Source: Balanoglossus misakiensis
Lineage: Eukaryota; Animalia; Hemichordata
Assembly: GCA_040954595.2 (NCBI GenBank)
Contig: CM082583.2
Coordinates: 3,791,060-3,855,059 of the forward strand
Length of the DNA: 64,000 nucleotides
Reading direction: 5' to 3'
Part shown: positions 12,025 through 23,600 of the stretch, piece after piece
Layout of the letters: every line of letters starts with the position of its first letter
Position numbering within the stretch: the stretch's first letter is position 1
Position numbers and translations under genes: made by a program
The notes under the pieces: generated by a model
The model's input: only the letters and a program-made list of their open reading frames with translations
Told to the model about the DNA's origin: nothing
Databases searched by the model: none

Positions 12025-15000
12025 ATGTCAACAGAAGTGAAAACACCAGATTTTGATGATCTTCTTGCGGCATATGACATTCCAGATCTGGCTGAAAAAT
12101 CCACAAGTTCATTGACCTCAGATCATTCAGGTGATCACTATGGCAACAGTGGGCAAGGGGAGGTCAAAAACAAAGTGAAAGGAACAGACAAGGAAAGTGT
12201 TGGTAAAGACAAAGAGAATGAGGAAGAACTGAGAAACGAGAAAGATGGTGCCATGACAACGGATGAAGAAGATGACAAATTAGTTATAGATGAGAACGTC
12301 AAGAGCCAAAGTAGTCCAGAGACTGCTCGTGGTAAACATGATGTAGCTGAAGATACGAAACAAGATACACAAAAATCTGCTGATCAACAAGAAAAAGATA
12401 CCATGGAAAAGAAAACAGAATTGGGAGGAAAAAAGTCTGAAAAAAAAGAAAAGAAATCTGCTAGAAGACGCATCATTGATAAAGATGACATCGACCAGAA
12501 ACTGGTGAAGAATCGAGAGACTGCGGCTGTCAAGGTGAAAATTGAAGATGGCGAGGAAGACTCTTCAACAACTGTTAAGAAAGAGACAGTGGGACATTCC
12601 TGTGCAGCTGAGCAGTTGAAGCAACTCTCAGAAAATTATATGAGAGATAAAGAAAGGAAAGTTGTCAAGAAAACTCCTGTTAACTTGACCGACGTCACTT
12701 CGGGGACAAAAAGTAGTTGTGATGTTGAGAACAAATCAGGAAATGCAGCCGGCCAAAAGGTTATCACAACTCAATACTTGCACAGCAAAACACTTGTGAA
12801 AATTGCACCGAAATCAACAACAGCAGGTGCTGGTGGTGGACCAGTCCAGACAATGTTGGCCAGTGTCAGATCGGTCAGTCCGGCCAATTTTGTTCCGGTC
12901 ACCACCGGAAGTCAAGTTTTACCACCCAACGTCACAACACCTCCAGGCATAGCAGTACCGACACAAAAACTCCTCGTCTTGACAACTGGAAGTCAAGGGG
13001 CTGTCACTAATGCCATAGCCAAGTCCCACATGACAGCTTTGCCAACAACAACAACAACAACGACAACAGAAGTTGGCGGTCACAACGCTATTGAGTCCAC
13101 TCACAGATCTTCAATAATAGATGCTCTGGAGAACTCCGGTCCCACAGTCAATGTTGTCGTTCCAAATAATCTTCTGAAGCGAAACAACCCGGTTCCCCGG
13201 TACGTCCCCAAGATGCCGCCCAAAGAATGGAATTTGAAGATCCCAGAGGGTGGCTACAGGTGTTTGGAATGCAGTGATGCGTTTGTGATGGAAAGCAGTC
13301 TCTCTATGCACCTGGAAAGACGAAGTATGAATATTGCGTACGCCTGTGAAATCTGCAACAAAAAGTTAGTTTTCTACAACAAGTGCAGTCTTCTGAGGCA
13401 CGTCCGACTCCATTACTCCAAATCTGCAAAGAACATCACGGTGTCGTTGAAATCGGTAGATGTGTCGGTTCTCAGCAAGAACATTACATCATTATGGCCG
13501 AGCAGAGATAGACTGGGACTGCCGCCAAGTTACCAGGAAAGCGAGCCCTCGGTCAAAGCGCCGTCGCAGCCCCACTGCACGGAATGCAACTTGGTGTTCG
13601 CCAACTGCCAAACGAGGAAGATCCACTTCCAGGCCAGCGCCGGCGGGAAGGGTCCTTGCAACTTCAGCTGCGCCACGTGCGGCCTGCAGTGTCCGAACAA
13701 GTGTTACTTTCAAGCGCACCAGCGCATCCATCGCAACCAGTCGCCGTACGTGTGCCCCGAGTGCGGAGAAGAGAAGTACGACAGAGAGCTCTTCTATGTG
13801 CACCTCAACTCCACCTGCATTCACTTCTGTCGCCAAGCCGTCTACAAATGTCCTCAGTGCAACGCCGGGTATCCCAACATCATTCACCTGAAAACGCACT
13901 TGCAGAATGCCCACACCGACAGTTTCTGCAAATGTCCCATCTGTCCGATGGCGTTCAAATCGGTGGAGAACATCAACAATCACATGCAGGCCCAGCACAA
14001 AGTGACTAACCAAGGTTTCCGGGTCATACACAAATGTCCCATGTGTGACACTGTCTTCACTCAGAAAAACAATCTGCCACTTCATCTGGATTCACACATT
14101 TTGAGCAAAGACATGCGCATCTATGTCTTCAAGTGCAACGAATGCTACAAACACTACGACAGCAAAGAAGTCCTGGAGAAACACCAGCTGACAGTTCACA
14201 AAGGCGCGCAACTGAAAGACTTCATCTGCGACGTGTGCAGAACACCTTTCAAAACGTACCAGTTCATGCTGCAGCACAAGAACAAGCATTTTGACAGTTC
14301 CGCGAAGCCCCCCGCAGTCAGCAAGACTGCTGTCTCAACCGCTGTTGCAGATCACCTGGTTGGTGCTGGCAGCACCCTGCAGTGCGGTGCGTGTATGAAG
14401 ACATTCCCGAAGGCAGAAGAGCTAGCAGTTCACCTGAAGGAACACGAAAAGGATGGCCTCTTCAAGTGTACTCACTGTGACACCAAGTTCTCCCAGAGAG
14501 AGTTGTTCAACACTCACATGCTGCAGCACGAGAAGAAACCGCCCGCAGGCAAACACACGTGTCCAGATTGCGGCATGGTGTTCGGCAAATGGTTCAATCT
14601 CAACAAGCACGCCAAGCACGCTCACGGAAAAGTATCCAAATATCCGTGTCACCTCTGCCGCAGAAGTTTCGAGTCGAACAAGAGCCTTCAGAGACATCTG
14701 CGATTGAAACACAAAATATCTCCTGCTTACACATGTTGGCACTGTGAAGACGGCAAGAAGACGTTTACCAAACGCTCGAATCTGGAGAAACACCTGCAGA
14801 CTGTGCATAACATTAGCTTGGCGTCCAATCAGACGGATGGACCGCCCGCTTACACAACCACACCCATGTCGGACCTCGTCCCCAGAAAGCGAAAAGGCCC
14901 CAACTCTGAAGGAAACGGTAAACGGGCCAAATTTGAATTCAGCTCCGAGTACAAATGTGCCAAATGCGACATGACCAGTAAAGTCAGAGCCGAGTTCCAG

Positions 15001-15384
15001 GCACACATCAAAAGCCACAAAACGGACAATTCACTGTCGCAGTGCAGGGAGTGTGGCATGTGTTTCCGTGGCGACGAATCCCTGAAGAAGCACCTCTACA
15101 TGATGCACAAAGTCAGAGACATTGCAGAGTATGAGATGGCTGTCAACAATCATGAAAACCAGAAAGTTTCCAGCGGCAGTGAGGGCCAAGCCAAGGTAAC
15201 CAAGACAACAGAGTCGTCAACAACTACGACTGGGTCTGTCTTTAAATCAATGCAAGACTCGGCGCTTGAATGTAATGTGTGTTATCGATCGTTTGATAAT
15301 GAAATTGCATTGCGTACACATATGAGAAATCATGGCATGGCATTCATTAGATCAAAACGCTGCAATTCTGCTGATTCACAGTAA
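12025..15384 (+). CDS. ZNF532/ZNF592/ZNF687: ZNF532/ZNF592/ZNF687-family multi-C2H2 zinc-finger protein, 1119 aa, single coding exon
   Basis: N-terminal family signature KTPDFDDLLAAYDIPD; conserved GYRCLECSDAF..ESSL..H.ERRS and LVFYNKCSLL.H.R.H blocks; many C2H2 fingers; C-terminal HGMAFIRSKR. The true start is ATG 12025, just after a splice acceptor, not the ORF-track start at 11965. Confidence 0.93.
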   Translation: MSTEVKTPDFDDLLAAYDIPDLAEKSTSSLTSDHSGDHYGNSGQGEVKNKVKGTDKESVGKDKENEEELRNEKDGAMTTDEEDDKLVIDENVKSQSSPETARGKHDVAEDTKQDTQKSADQQEKDTMEKKTELGGKKSEKKEKKSARRRIIDKDDIDQKLVKNRETAAVKVKIEDGEEDSSTTVKKETVGHSCAAEQLKQLSENYMRDKERKVVKKTPVNLTDVTSGTKSSCDVENKSGNAAGQKVITTQYLHSKTLVKIAPKSTTAGAGGGPVQTMLASVRSVSPANFVPVTTGSQVLPPNVTTPPGIAVPTQKLLVLTTGSQGAVTNAIAKSHMTALPTTTTTTTTEVGGHNAIESTHRSSIIDALENSGPTVNVVVPNNLLKRNNPVPRYVPKMPPKEWNLKIPEGGYRCLECSDAFVMESSLSMHLERRSMNIAYACEICNKKLVFYNKCSLLRHVRLHYSKSAKNITVSLKSVDVSVLSKNITSLWPSRDRLGLPPSYQESEPSVKAPSQPHCTECNLVFANCQTRKIHFQASAGGKGPCNFSCATCGLQCPNKCYFQAHQRIHRNQSPYVCPECGEEKYDRELFYVHLNSTCIHFCRQAVYKCPQCNAGYPNIIHLKTHLQNAHTDSFCKCPICPMAFKSVENINNHMQAQHKVTNQGFRVIHKCPMCDTVFTQKNNLPLHLDSHILSKDMRIYVFKCNECYKHYDSKEVLEKHQLTVHKGAQLKDFICDVCRTPFKTYQFMLQHKNKHFDSSAKPPAVSKTAVSTAVADHLVGAGSTLQCGACMKTFPKAEELAVHLKEHEKDGLFKCTHCDTKFSQRELFNTHMLQHEKKPPAGKHTCPDCGMVFGKWFNLNKHAKHAHGKVSKYPCHLCRRSFESNKSLQRHLRLKHKISPAYTCWHCEDGKKTFTKRSNLEKHLQTVHNISLASNQTDGPPAYTTTPMSDLVPRKRKGPNSEGNGKRAKFEFSSEYKCAKCDMTSKVRAEFQAHIKSHKTDNSLSQCRECGMCFRGDESLKKHLYMMHKVRDIAEYEMAVNNHENQKVSSGSEGQAKVTKTTESSTTTTGSVFKSMQDSALECNVCYRSFDNEIALRTHMRNHGMAFIRSKRCNSADSQ

Positions 15385-17640
15385 AAAAAAATATAAAAAA
15401 AAAATAAAAAAACTTTTCTATGTCAAGATGTGACCTTTATTAAATTTTGTGTTTCATTAATGTAAATGGGCTGTATTAGGTATGGGATCTATTACCAGAA
15501 GTCATATTTCTAAAAGTTACATTTTGTATTTTTTTTGTAAATGAAAACTAATAATACACATCCTTTTTTTCAACTCTTGCTGATAATGTGTATTTTCTCA
15601 GCACCTAATTTGTTGCAGTACTGTAGATATCCACATTACAATCAAAAAACATAATTTGCTTTTTTTTTAAATGTTATTTGCATACAAATACCTCCCAAAT
15701 AGCTGTCATGGAGCAGGCATTGTTATGTTAATGACATGATATATTCTATGTAGATTAAAAGAAAGTTACCAATTTTACTGATTGTATATAGGACAACTTC
15801 TTGAGTCAATATTTCTCATTCATTTTGTGTTTGTATGAAACTATTTTACAACAAACAATGCCTAGAGTGAAAACAAATGCATTGAAATTGTTCAGTTTTC
15901 AATTACAGACTTAGAGGGAAACAAGTCCAGCCAATTTTCACATTCCCATGTTCTCCAAGAACAATTTTGTAAATCCTGACTAGAATGGCTTTCATACATG
16001 CTTGCATTGCTGAGAACACTGAATAAAATTTGCTAGAATGGTCCTGCTAACCAATGGGTGCAAAAGGTCTATTTGTGTGATGTCATTGGGGTAGGGAGGT
16101 ACTCGCCAGCCCTAAAACCAAGAGCCGTTTGCCTGACCCAAGTATCAAGGAAAAAAGCCATTTTTTATGTCAACAAATGTATTTTGTATGCAAAATTTTC
16201 ATCTCTTAGGCCACAGTGGAGGGACTGATTTAATACTAATAGGCCTATGCCTATGATATCAACCACTGTTGTCACTATCATCGTTGTCATGGCTTGAGTG
16301 TTTCACCATCTCTGTACCTTGGCTGAAATTGGTAGGGTTTTGATTTCATGAGAAAAACATTCTGTGTCACAGATGTCACTGTCAGAATTCTCCATATGCT
16401 GTGCGACAGATTTTCGAGGCACACACCACAGGCCAAACCTACATTGTATTACTTTTCTTCAGTATCGCTATGACATCACACCAGTAGCTCCCATGAGCCT
16501 CTTCGCACCCATGGCCTACCTGCATCTGTTCTCAGCAATGCATACAAGTGACTCAGATTGGGATTAAATAGTAAATGGTTATTGGAGAACATGGAAATGT
16601 TAAAATTGGTAGGACTTTTGCTTCCCTTTGCAAGTGATGATTTATATTTTCCAATGAAGAATTGTATAGGAGTTTTGTATCAAAACATAGACCCTGTCCC
16701 TCCAGGGTTCTATGATCAAGCATGCTTTCTGTTTAGGTGAACAGTTGTAGATGAATGAAACCTTTCAGTCATATTGATGTACGGTAGTACATGTAGCATA
16801 TATATGAGACTTTGATACCAGACAGACCTGCTGTATAGATGTGTAGACATTGACATGTCTCTGTTCCTTTACATAATTTGTAGAGGTTGTAATTTTGGTC
16901 AGTTTACAGCGAACATTAAAAAATGTACTCAACAATATTTATGAGTTTATGAACAGCTGCAAAATGTAAACAACTTGAGTGATGAAATGTGGCATAGGCA
17001 AGCACCCACCTTTAGGGTGATGCCATTGTACAGCAACCGTCACCCCCACGTTTCAGAGATTGAGTCCGATCTTTCATACCTGCTCATGTCTTGGTAGTGA
17101 GCGAGTTGATTCTTTGTCTAGATAATTAATGTTTGTACTCTGTTTCAAAACATGGTTGCATCAGTTTCCAATAGGAATATTGAGACACAGTCTTGTTGAA
17201 TTTGTATTGGACAAAGTTAAAATGTCCTTTTATACAGTTTTTCAAAGTGAAACATGTTAGTTACAAATGGCCATCTGCCTTGTTATACATGTATGTTGAT
17301 TTGGACAATGACCTTGACCTGATGATCAGTACAGCCACAGTCCAACTGCAGCTATTGGTGCAATCAATGTAGTGTGCGTACAACTTCCCAGCACATTCCC
17401 AAATCTGATGCAAACAGTAACTTCACTGCAGAGAAATTGGACTTGTTGTGTCGCACTTTTGGGAAGTTCTTGCTGCTTGCAGTATGATCAGCTGTGATGT
17501 TAAACAACAAACGCTACGTAAAACAATCAACTCCAGTGAATGTAACTTTGGATTCATTTTGGTGAAGAGATGCATGTTCATAACCATTCAGGTATCATTT
17601 TCACAGTTTGTGTAGTTCAAATTGTCTCACAATGTTTTTG

Positions 17641-17646
17641 AATAAA
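17641..17646 (+). terminator. Probable polyadenylation signal of the ZNF gene
   Basis: AATAAA followed about 20-50 nt later by a GT/T-rich tract; implies a 3' UTR of about 2.3 kb. Confidence 0.5.
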
Positions 17647-17744
17647 AAAGTTCATCATTTGCATGTTTCTATCGTGCGTGTGTGTCTTTTTCATGTATCA
17701 GTTCTGATCAAATGGGAGCAGTGACATTGACAGTCTGTAGGGTT

Positions 17745-17926
17745 TGAGAGTAAAAATCGTTCATTTTGGCGAGATTTTCACTTTTGTGTCTACAATTCGG
17801 ATGGAAGTTGTGTGTGGTCAAATGTAGATTTACTATATATCCACATGTAGAATAACATAAACGGTGTCTTGTATCTAACATAAGTAATGGAAAAAGGGCA
17901 GCGAGAGAGAGACTTTGTCCCTTTAA
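17745..17926. mobile_element. Kolobok-like repeat fragment, copy 3, between two convergent 3' ends
   Basis: Homologous to 470-685 and 7320-7579; ends GACTTTGTCCCTTTAA. Confidence 0.7.
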
Positions 17927-20612
17927 TTATTTACACAAATGTAAAAAAAAGCCACTAAGGTATTTTAAAAGTATGTTTACTCAAGAAAATATGAATTACA
18001 AAGGATGTTTCACTTGTAGAAATAATCATAAAGTCACATCAAAACAAATATTTACAATTCCACAAATGTTGACATTTCTACGACGCATCACCTTAACCAA
18101 AGCACATTTTTATTAGTTGAACATTAACAAGTCTTGAAGACAAGGTGAAGAATGAAGAAAAAGACGAAAGGTAGTTTATGTCAGGATGCATAGTGATTGA
18201 AATGGTAAAATAATAAATCATTCCAGGCAAACAATCTGTAAGATTCCAATTTTTGTGATTTTTTTGCTTGGAATTGTTCAAGATATCATAGGTTTGCCTG
18301 GGAGGGTTTGTCATAAAAGAGCAGCTCATTATTTTAAATTTTAAATTTTCTGGAAAAATACCCCTGGATGTGGTACACACCCTTAAACCTTCAATAATTT
18401 ATAAAATATCCTTTAGAATTTAAAAAATGGGTATTGGAGGGACAGGGAAGCGGAGAACTAATTCCTTGATATTGATTAGTACTGCCCTTCCAGTTTAGAC
18501 TGATAGGGATATAATTAAAAAAATTGTTCTGATTTTATCAGCAAAATTGATTTAAAAACAGGCTTTATATTATTTCTTATTTTTTCATTACTAAAATTGT
18601 TTGTCCAATTGTAATATTTTGAAATTGGAGGTATGTAGAGGTGGACAAGGATTCATATGATAATTGAAAGTGAAACTGAGTTGATTGTACGTTTTTTGCC
18701 TACCCCATTGCATAATGAATGTGACAGAGAATGTGTGTGTTTGGCACATTGATTTCAAACATTTTTGGACAGGGCAGGTGATTTTTTTAAAATCAAAGTC
18801 ACCTGTATACAGCAAAAAGTAACTAACAGCTCTCCCAACAATCATGAACAAATCTTCAACTATGTTATTTGTTGCTTATTGATTAGGATCAATTATATTC
18901 TGTACTTCCATGATTTACTATGAGTCTAAAAAGTTGTGTTGACCGCTTTCAACAACACAACATTTGATTCCAGAACAGTCCCACTCATCAATTTTCATTC
19001 AGACAGAAGGCCACAATTGCATATACATGACAAAAGGGTAAAAAGTTTAGTTTCATAATGAAAATTTTTCTATATAAATTGTAAATGATTGTCAAATATT
19101 GAGATAGGAGTAGACTATACGTGGGTTTGGTATCACAAAATGAATTCAAGAGAAAAGTTGAGGAGTTTATTTACATTCAAAATATGGCATTAAATATTTC
19201 TTTGGATGTCAAAGACATGAGGTCAACTTCACTATCTTTCCCCTTGAAGCATGGGTCTGTTTTGTAAAAATAAAAGCCCCCTTTCGACAAAATTTGCTTC
19301 TGAAATGGGGATTTACTTCAATATATTAAAACATTACTGACTTTAAAAGCATTCAGTTTACAGTTCATACATGCATGCAGACAATTTGACTGTCTATGAT
19401 GATAGAAGTGTATGCTTCTCTCCAAGATTGCAGAACAGTTAATTCTGTATTTTCCATGTCAGACAACTAGTTAGGGTATGTCAGTTGAGAAATTAGACAA
19501 AACAAATTGGAAATACAGCAAAATTTACCAGCTTCTAGAAAAAGGCCAAAGAAATTTTTTAAATATAAGACAATGGTTTCACACACAAAGTATGCATAGT
19601 TCCATTACATATACATGTACATTACAAAAGCAAGCACATACAGACAGACAGTAATCTTCATCTAATATATCCCATTATAATTTGTTCAAGTGTACAGAAA
19701 CTTTCCCTGCTGTACGTTATGTGGAGTCCAAATTCAGGCAACATTTCACAGTATATGTGTACCTACTGTACATATATGCACTGACTGATGCACTCTTGGC
19801 TGCACTGATATGCATAGTTTTTCACCCACCAAAATTTCCCATTCTATTTTACGCAACTAAAAAGTTGCCATGGTCACTCCACTTGAGCTAAATTCTCAAT
19901 TAAACCAAATTTGGCAGTAGATCACTTGCAGACCTATTTTTTTCTTTTGATATTACAAGCAATGGCAAAGTACTGATTACTTTTAAGTCGGACAACACAA
20001 TTGCATAGTTCAAATTTACAGGGCATTTGTAACACTCAATAGATTGTAAAAAATACATGTATTGTTAATCGTTCACAGCTGAAAGACCACATCATTGAGC
20101 ATTCTAGATGTTGCATTGCATAGAGTGATATAATTTGTTTCACAGAAACAACTCTTGACGAATAATGTTTGCTGCAATGTCCATAGGCACTGAGAAGGAA
20201 GATTTGAAATTTCTGTGCAGACTGATTCTGGAATGAAAACTATAGACTGTTTATTGCAGTGCAAAGTCTGAACACACTGCTTGCACGTGTAACCATAGCA
20301 ACATGTGTAACCATAGCAACATGAGGCAAGACACGACTTGATTGCATATATGCAGAGTGTCAGACAACCAACAGTTTCCACCACAATGAGGTAAAGATGG
20401 TTTGAAACAATATGGGTGCAGGAGTTGACGTGGACACAAACACAACATGGACAAGGTTTGAGAAAATCTACCAGAGGTTGTTACACACAATTCTACTTTA
20501 TAATTAAGTCCTTCATACTACTACTAACGGTCACTTTGAATCATATGATAGGCCTGCCATGTAGAAGACAGTGGAGATTTTTGGACTTCAACTACAAAGT
20601 GATTGGCAAAGG

Positions 20613-23600
20613 TCAAAGTTCAGTTGATAGTTCATGATGGTATCCAGGTGAGGACCCAATGATGCGAATTTCTTCAGCCGTGACTTCATCGTCCATTTCA
20701 GAGGAAATTTCCCACGGTCTGGGAGCACTTGATCTTCTAGTTGATCTGAGAAAAATAACAGGAACAATTTATAGTCAATGTATAATGACTGAGCAACAAA
20801 TAAAGGGAGCTAGGCATATTTGTATTGATAAATTCAGGCAATGCATCTTTTGGCAAACATGTCTAGCTTGAACGGACGGTGCTATTTGTATATTCTGCAC
20901 TAAGACAACATTGATGAAATCAAATGCAAATCAGACATGCACTACATGTATAAAAAACCTGGGCAGACTACTTGCACTTTCCATTACCTTTGACTTCTAG
21001 TAGTTTCTGCTGCTACTTGTTGATATGGCGGTGGTCCCTGACGTGGTTGTCCCTGACGCGGTTGTCCCTGAACTGGTGGTCCTCTGGAAAGGTCTTGATA
21101 TGTTGGTGGTCCATGTGATTGTCCACGAGTCCTCGTTTGCTGAGCTGCTAAATATTCCAAAACAAACTGTCCCGTTCCCAAGTCATCAGCTGAGAGATGA
21201 TACGCAGGTCTTCCATCGTACATATCTTGCATTAGGTTAATATTTGGGTTACTCTGATTGGTCGGAAGATATTTGGCTGAAACAACAGTTCTCTTTTCTG
21301 GCATTCTGGCAACTTCATTGGCCGCATGGACGTATTTAGGTTGAAATGATTTGACATCAATGAAGCTGCTTGTTAGATTTTCTGCAAGAGGGGGTCTTTT
21401 CTGATTGGTTGAAATGTCTGTTAGTCTCCTGGCGCCAGAGTCATGCCCCGAAGTCCTGACCTCTGACCTCTGAGGTTGTGACTGTGCTCCAAAGGGAAAG
21501 ATTTCTTCAGCGATATGATTTGAGCTTTGACTGTCTGTTTCTGTGTGTCCGTCGTCGATAGGGGAATAGTGAAGTGGTCTGAAGTCAGATCTTGGTCTTC
21601 GAGAGTCCATCGTTACTGGCAGGAGAATGTAGTTTCTGGATAGAGAAGAAACAACATCAACAACATCACACTTTAAATGTGCACCTGCACTCACACAAAT
21701 TGTTTTTGTAGTTTCTATTTTTAGATGCAAACAGTCTGAGTGTAGACATGGTGAGCGAAATAAGCGCAATGTTGATGGCAAGCAATGTGCATAGCAATTT
21801 GCATGCATGATGCAGTGATATGGAAGCCAGTAAGGATAGCAGTGATTATAAAAATGAGATTCAGAATTTACCTTACGTTTGATTGCAACACAGATGCACA
21901 AAAAACATTTGGCATATTACAATTTTATTTGCATGTAGCGCTACAAACACAAAATTTCTTTTTTTTTCTCTATTGAAGGGATGGCACCTACAACTTTTCA
22001 GAATTTTTGACAATTTTTTTTCCGAGAATCAACAAGAGTTTTGTGTACCCGCACCAGTATTTGATTTACCAACAAAAGCATGTAAAAGTAGATTAGAGGC
22101 TGACATTGTACTGAGTACATCTGATAGTTCCATCTCTACACTGTATGGTACATACCCTAACACTTGATTGAAAATTTGAATTTTTCAATCTATCTTTCGG
22201 GAGAAGAACAAGAAATTGAAGTCTAGCTGATGCAGGTAAAAAAATTGTCAAAAAATATCCTAAAGTTACAGCTACAACCGAATCAAGGTTTATGATGAAA
22301 ATATTAATTTCTAAGCTGGGAGCTGGCCTAGCAATTAATGACCAAACAAAAAAAAACAGTGAATACAGAAATTTTCTGGAAAGGTATCTTCTTACTTGGG
22401 AGAAGGTTGGGATTCCTGTCCGTCATTACTGATACCGGAATCTTCCCTGGAATGTTGGACTCCAACAGGATGAAATGTTGGAGCATTGACATGTTGATGT
22501 GAACCGGCATTGGGAGGATAGGCCAGAGTATTACTGGGCTCAACTGATTGGTACACAGCGGTTATGTACAATGGTTTAGCATTGGGCTACAGGGATAGAG
22601 AAACGAACACGAAAACAGGATATATACCCTCATGTCAGTCTGTGTGTTGTGGCAATGATTATAGTGATGAGTGGTTAGGTAATGGTAATGGTTGGTTATT
22701 CGTGATTTGCGTGGCTCGGTTAGAAAGCTGTGGTTGTGGTGGAGAATGCAGTTCACAAATGAGTGCAGATTTCGCAAAGAACCCAAGACCTGAAGTTCTG
22801 GTGAATGAAGCTTATAGTTGCACAGGTCTATATATGTATCCATCTCATAGACAGGTGATAGTATAACTGATTGGATTATCTGGAATGTGTACAGCTGGCT
22901 AAATCACACTGACGATGATTTTTACACAACATGCATGATTTTCCTTCCACTGAAATTCATTAGTCCACACATTTACATAATTCTTTGTCCGCAATTCACA
23001 TTATTTCATCCAGATGCAAAAACAGCAATTAATTACACACAGAATACCTGAAAGAAGGCTGGCTATTTTTCTGTTGATATGAGGCATTATAATACTAGGA
23101 TACGTAGCATGAATTTGTATAAAAAGCAATGGTTATCGTGCAAGTTTCACTATTTCTTTCAAAGTTCAAAGTTCACAGAGTATCAATTAATGGTTTAACT
23201 GAATCTTGAAATTGTGGAGTTTAGTATAAATACACTACAGTTATATGTTTTTGCAGTTCGGGCCTGTGATCAAATGATTCAAGCATGTATCAGTGCTTGT
23301 GAAGGTGTTGTAGAAAATTAGTTTTTAATTAAAATTTAATTTGTCAGAACAGAACCAATCACACTGTGCCCTGGAGGTACTAACAGTTCAGTAGATAAAC
23401 ACATCAACATTGCTTTCACATTGTGTCACTAAAATTAGCCAATCAGAAAATATTTGCACATGTGCCTCTACAAAATCAATTACCAAGGTCAGTGGAAAAG
23501 GTCATATTACTTGATATCATCAAACCAACCTACAGGTAGGATTGAGGTCACTTCCAGACTAGACTGGAAAACCTGTCGCTCAGCTGAGCGCTCTGTCAAA

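Noticed and set aside
12919-15059. Multiple 60-200 aa overlapping and antisense ORFs
   Set aside because: Shadows of the GC-richer zinc-finger CDS; no independent motifs.
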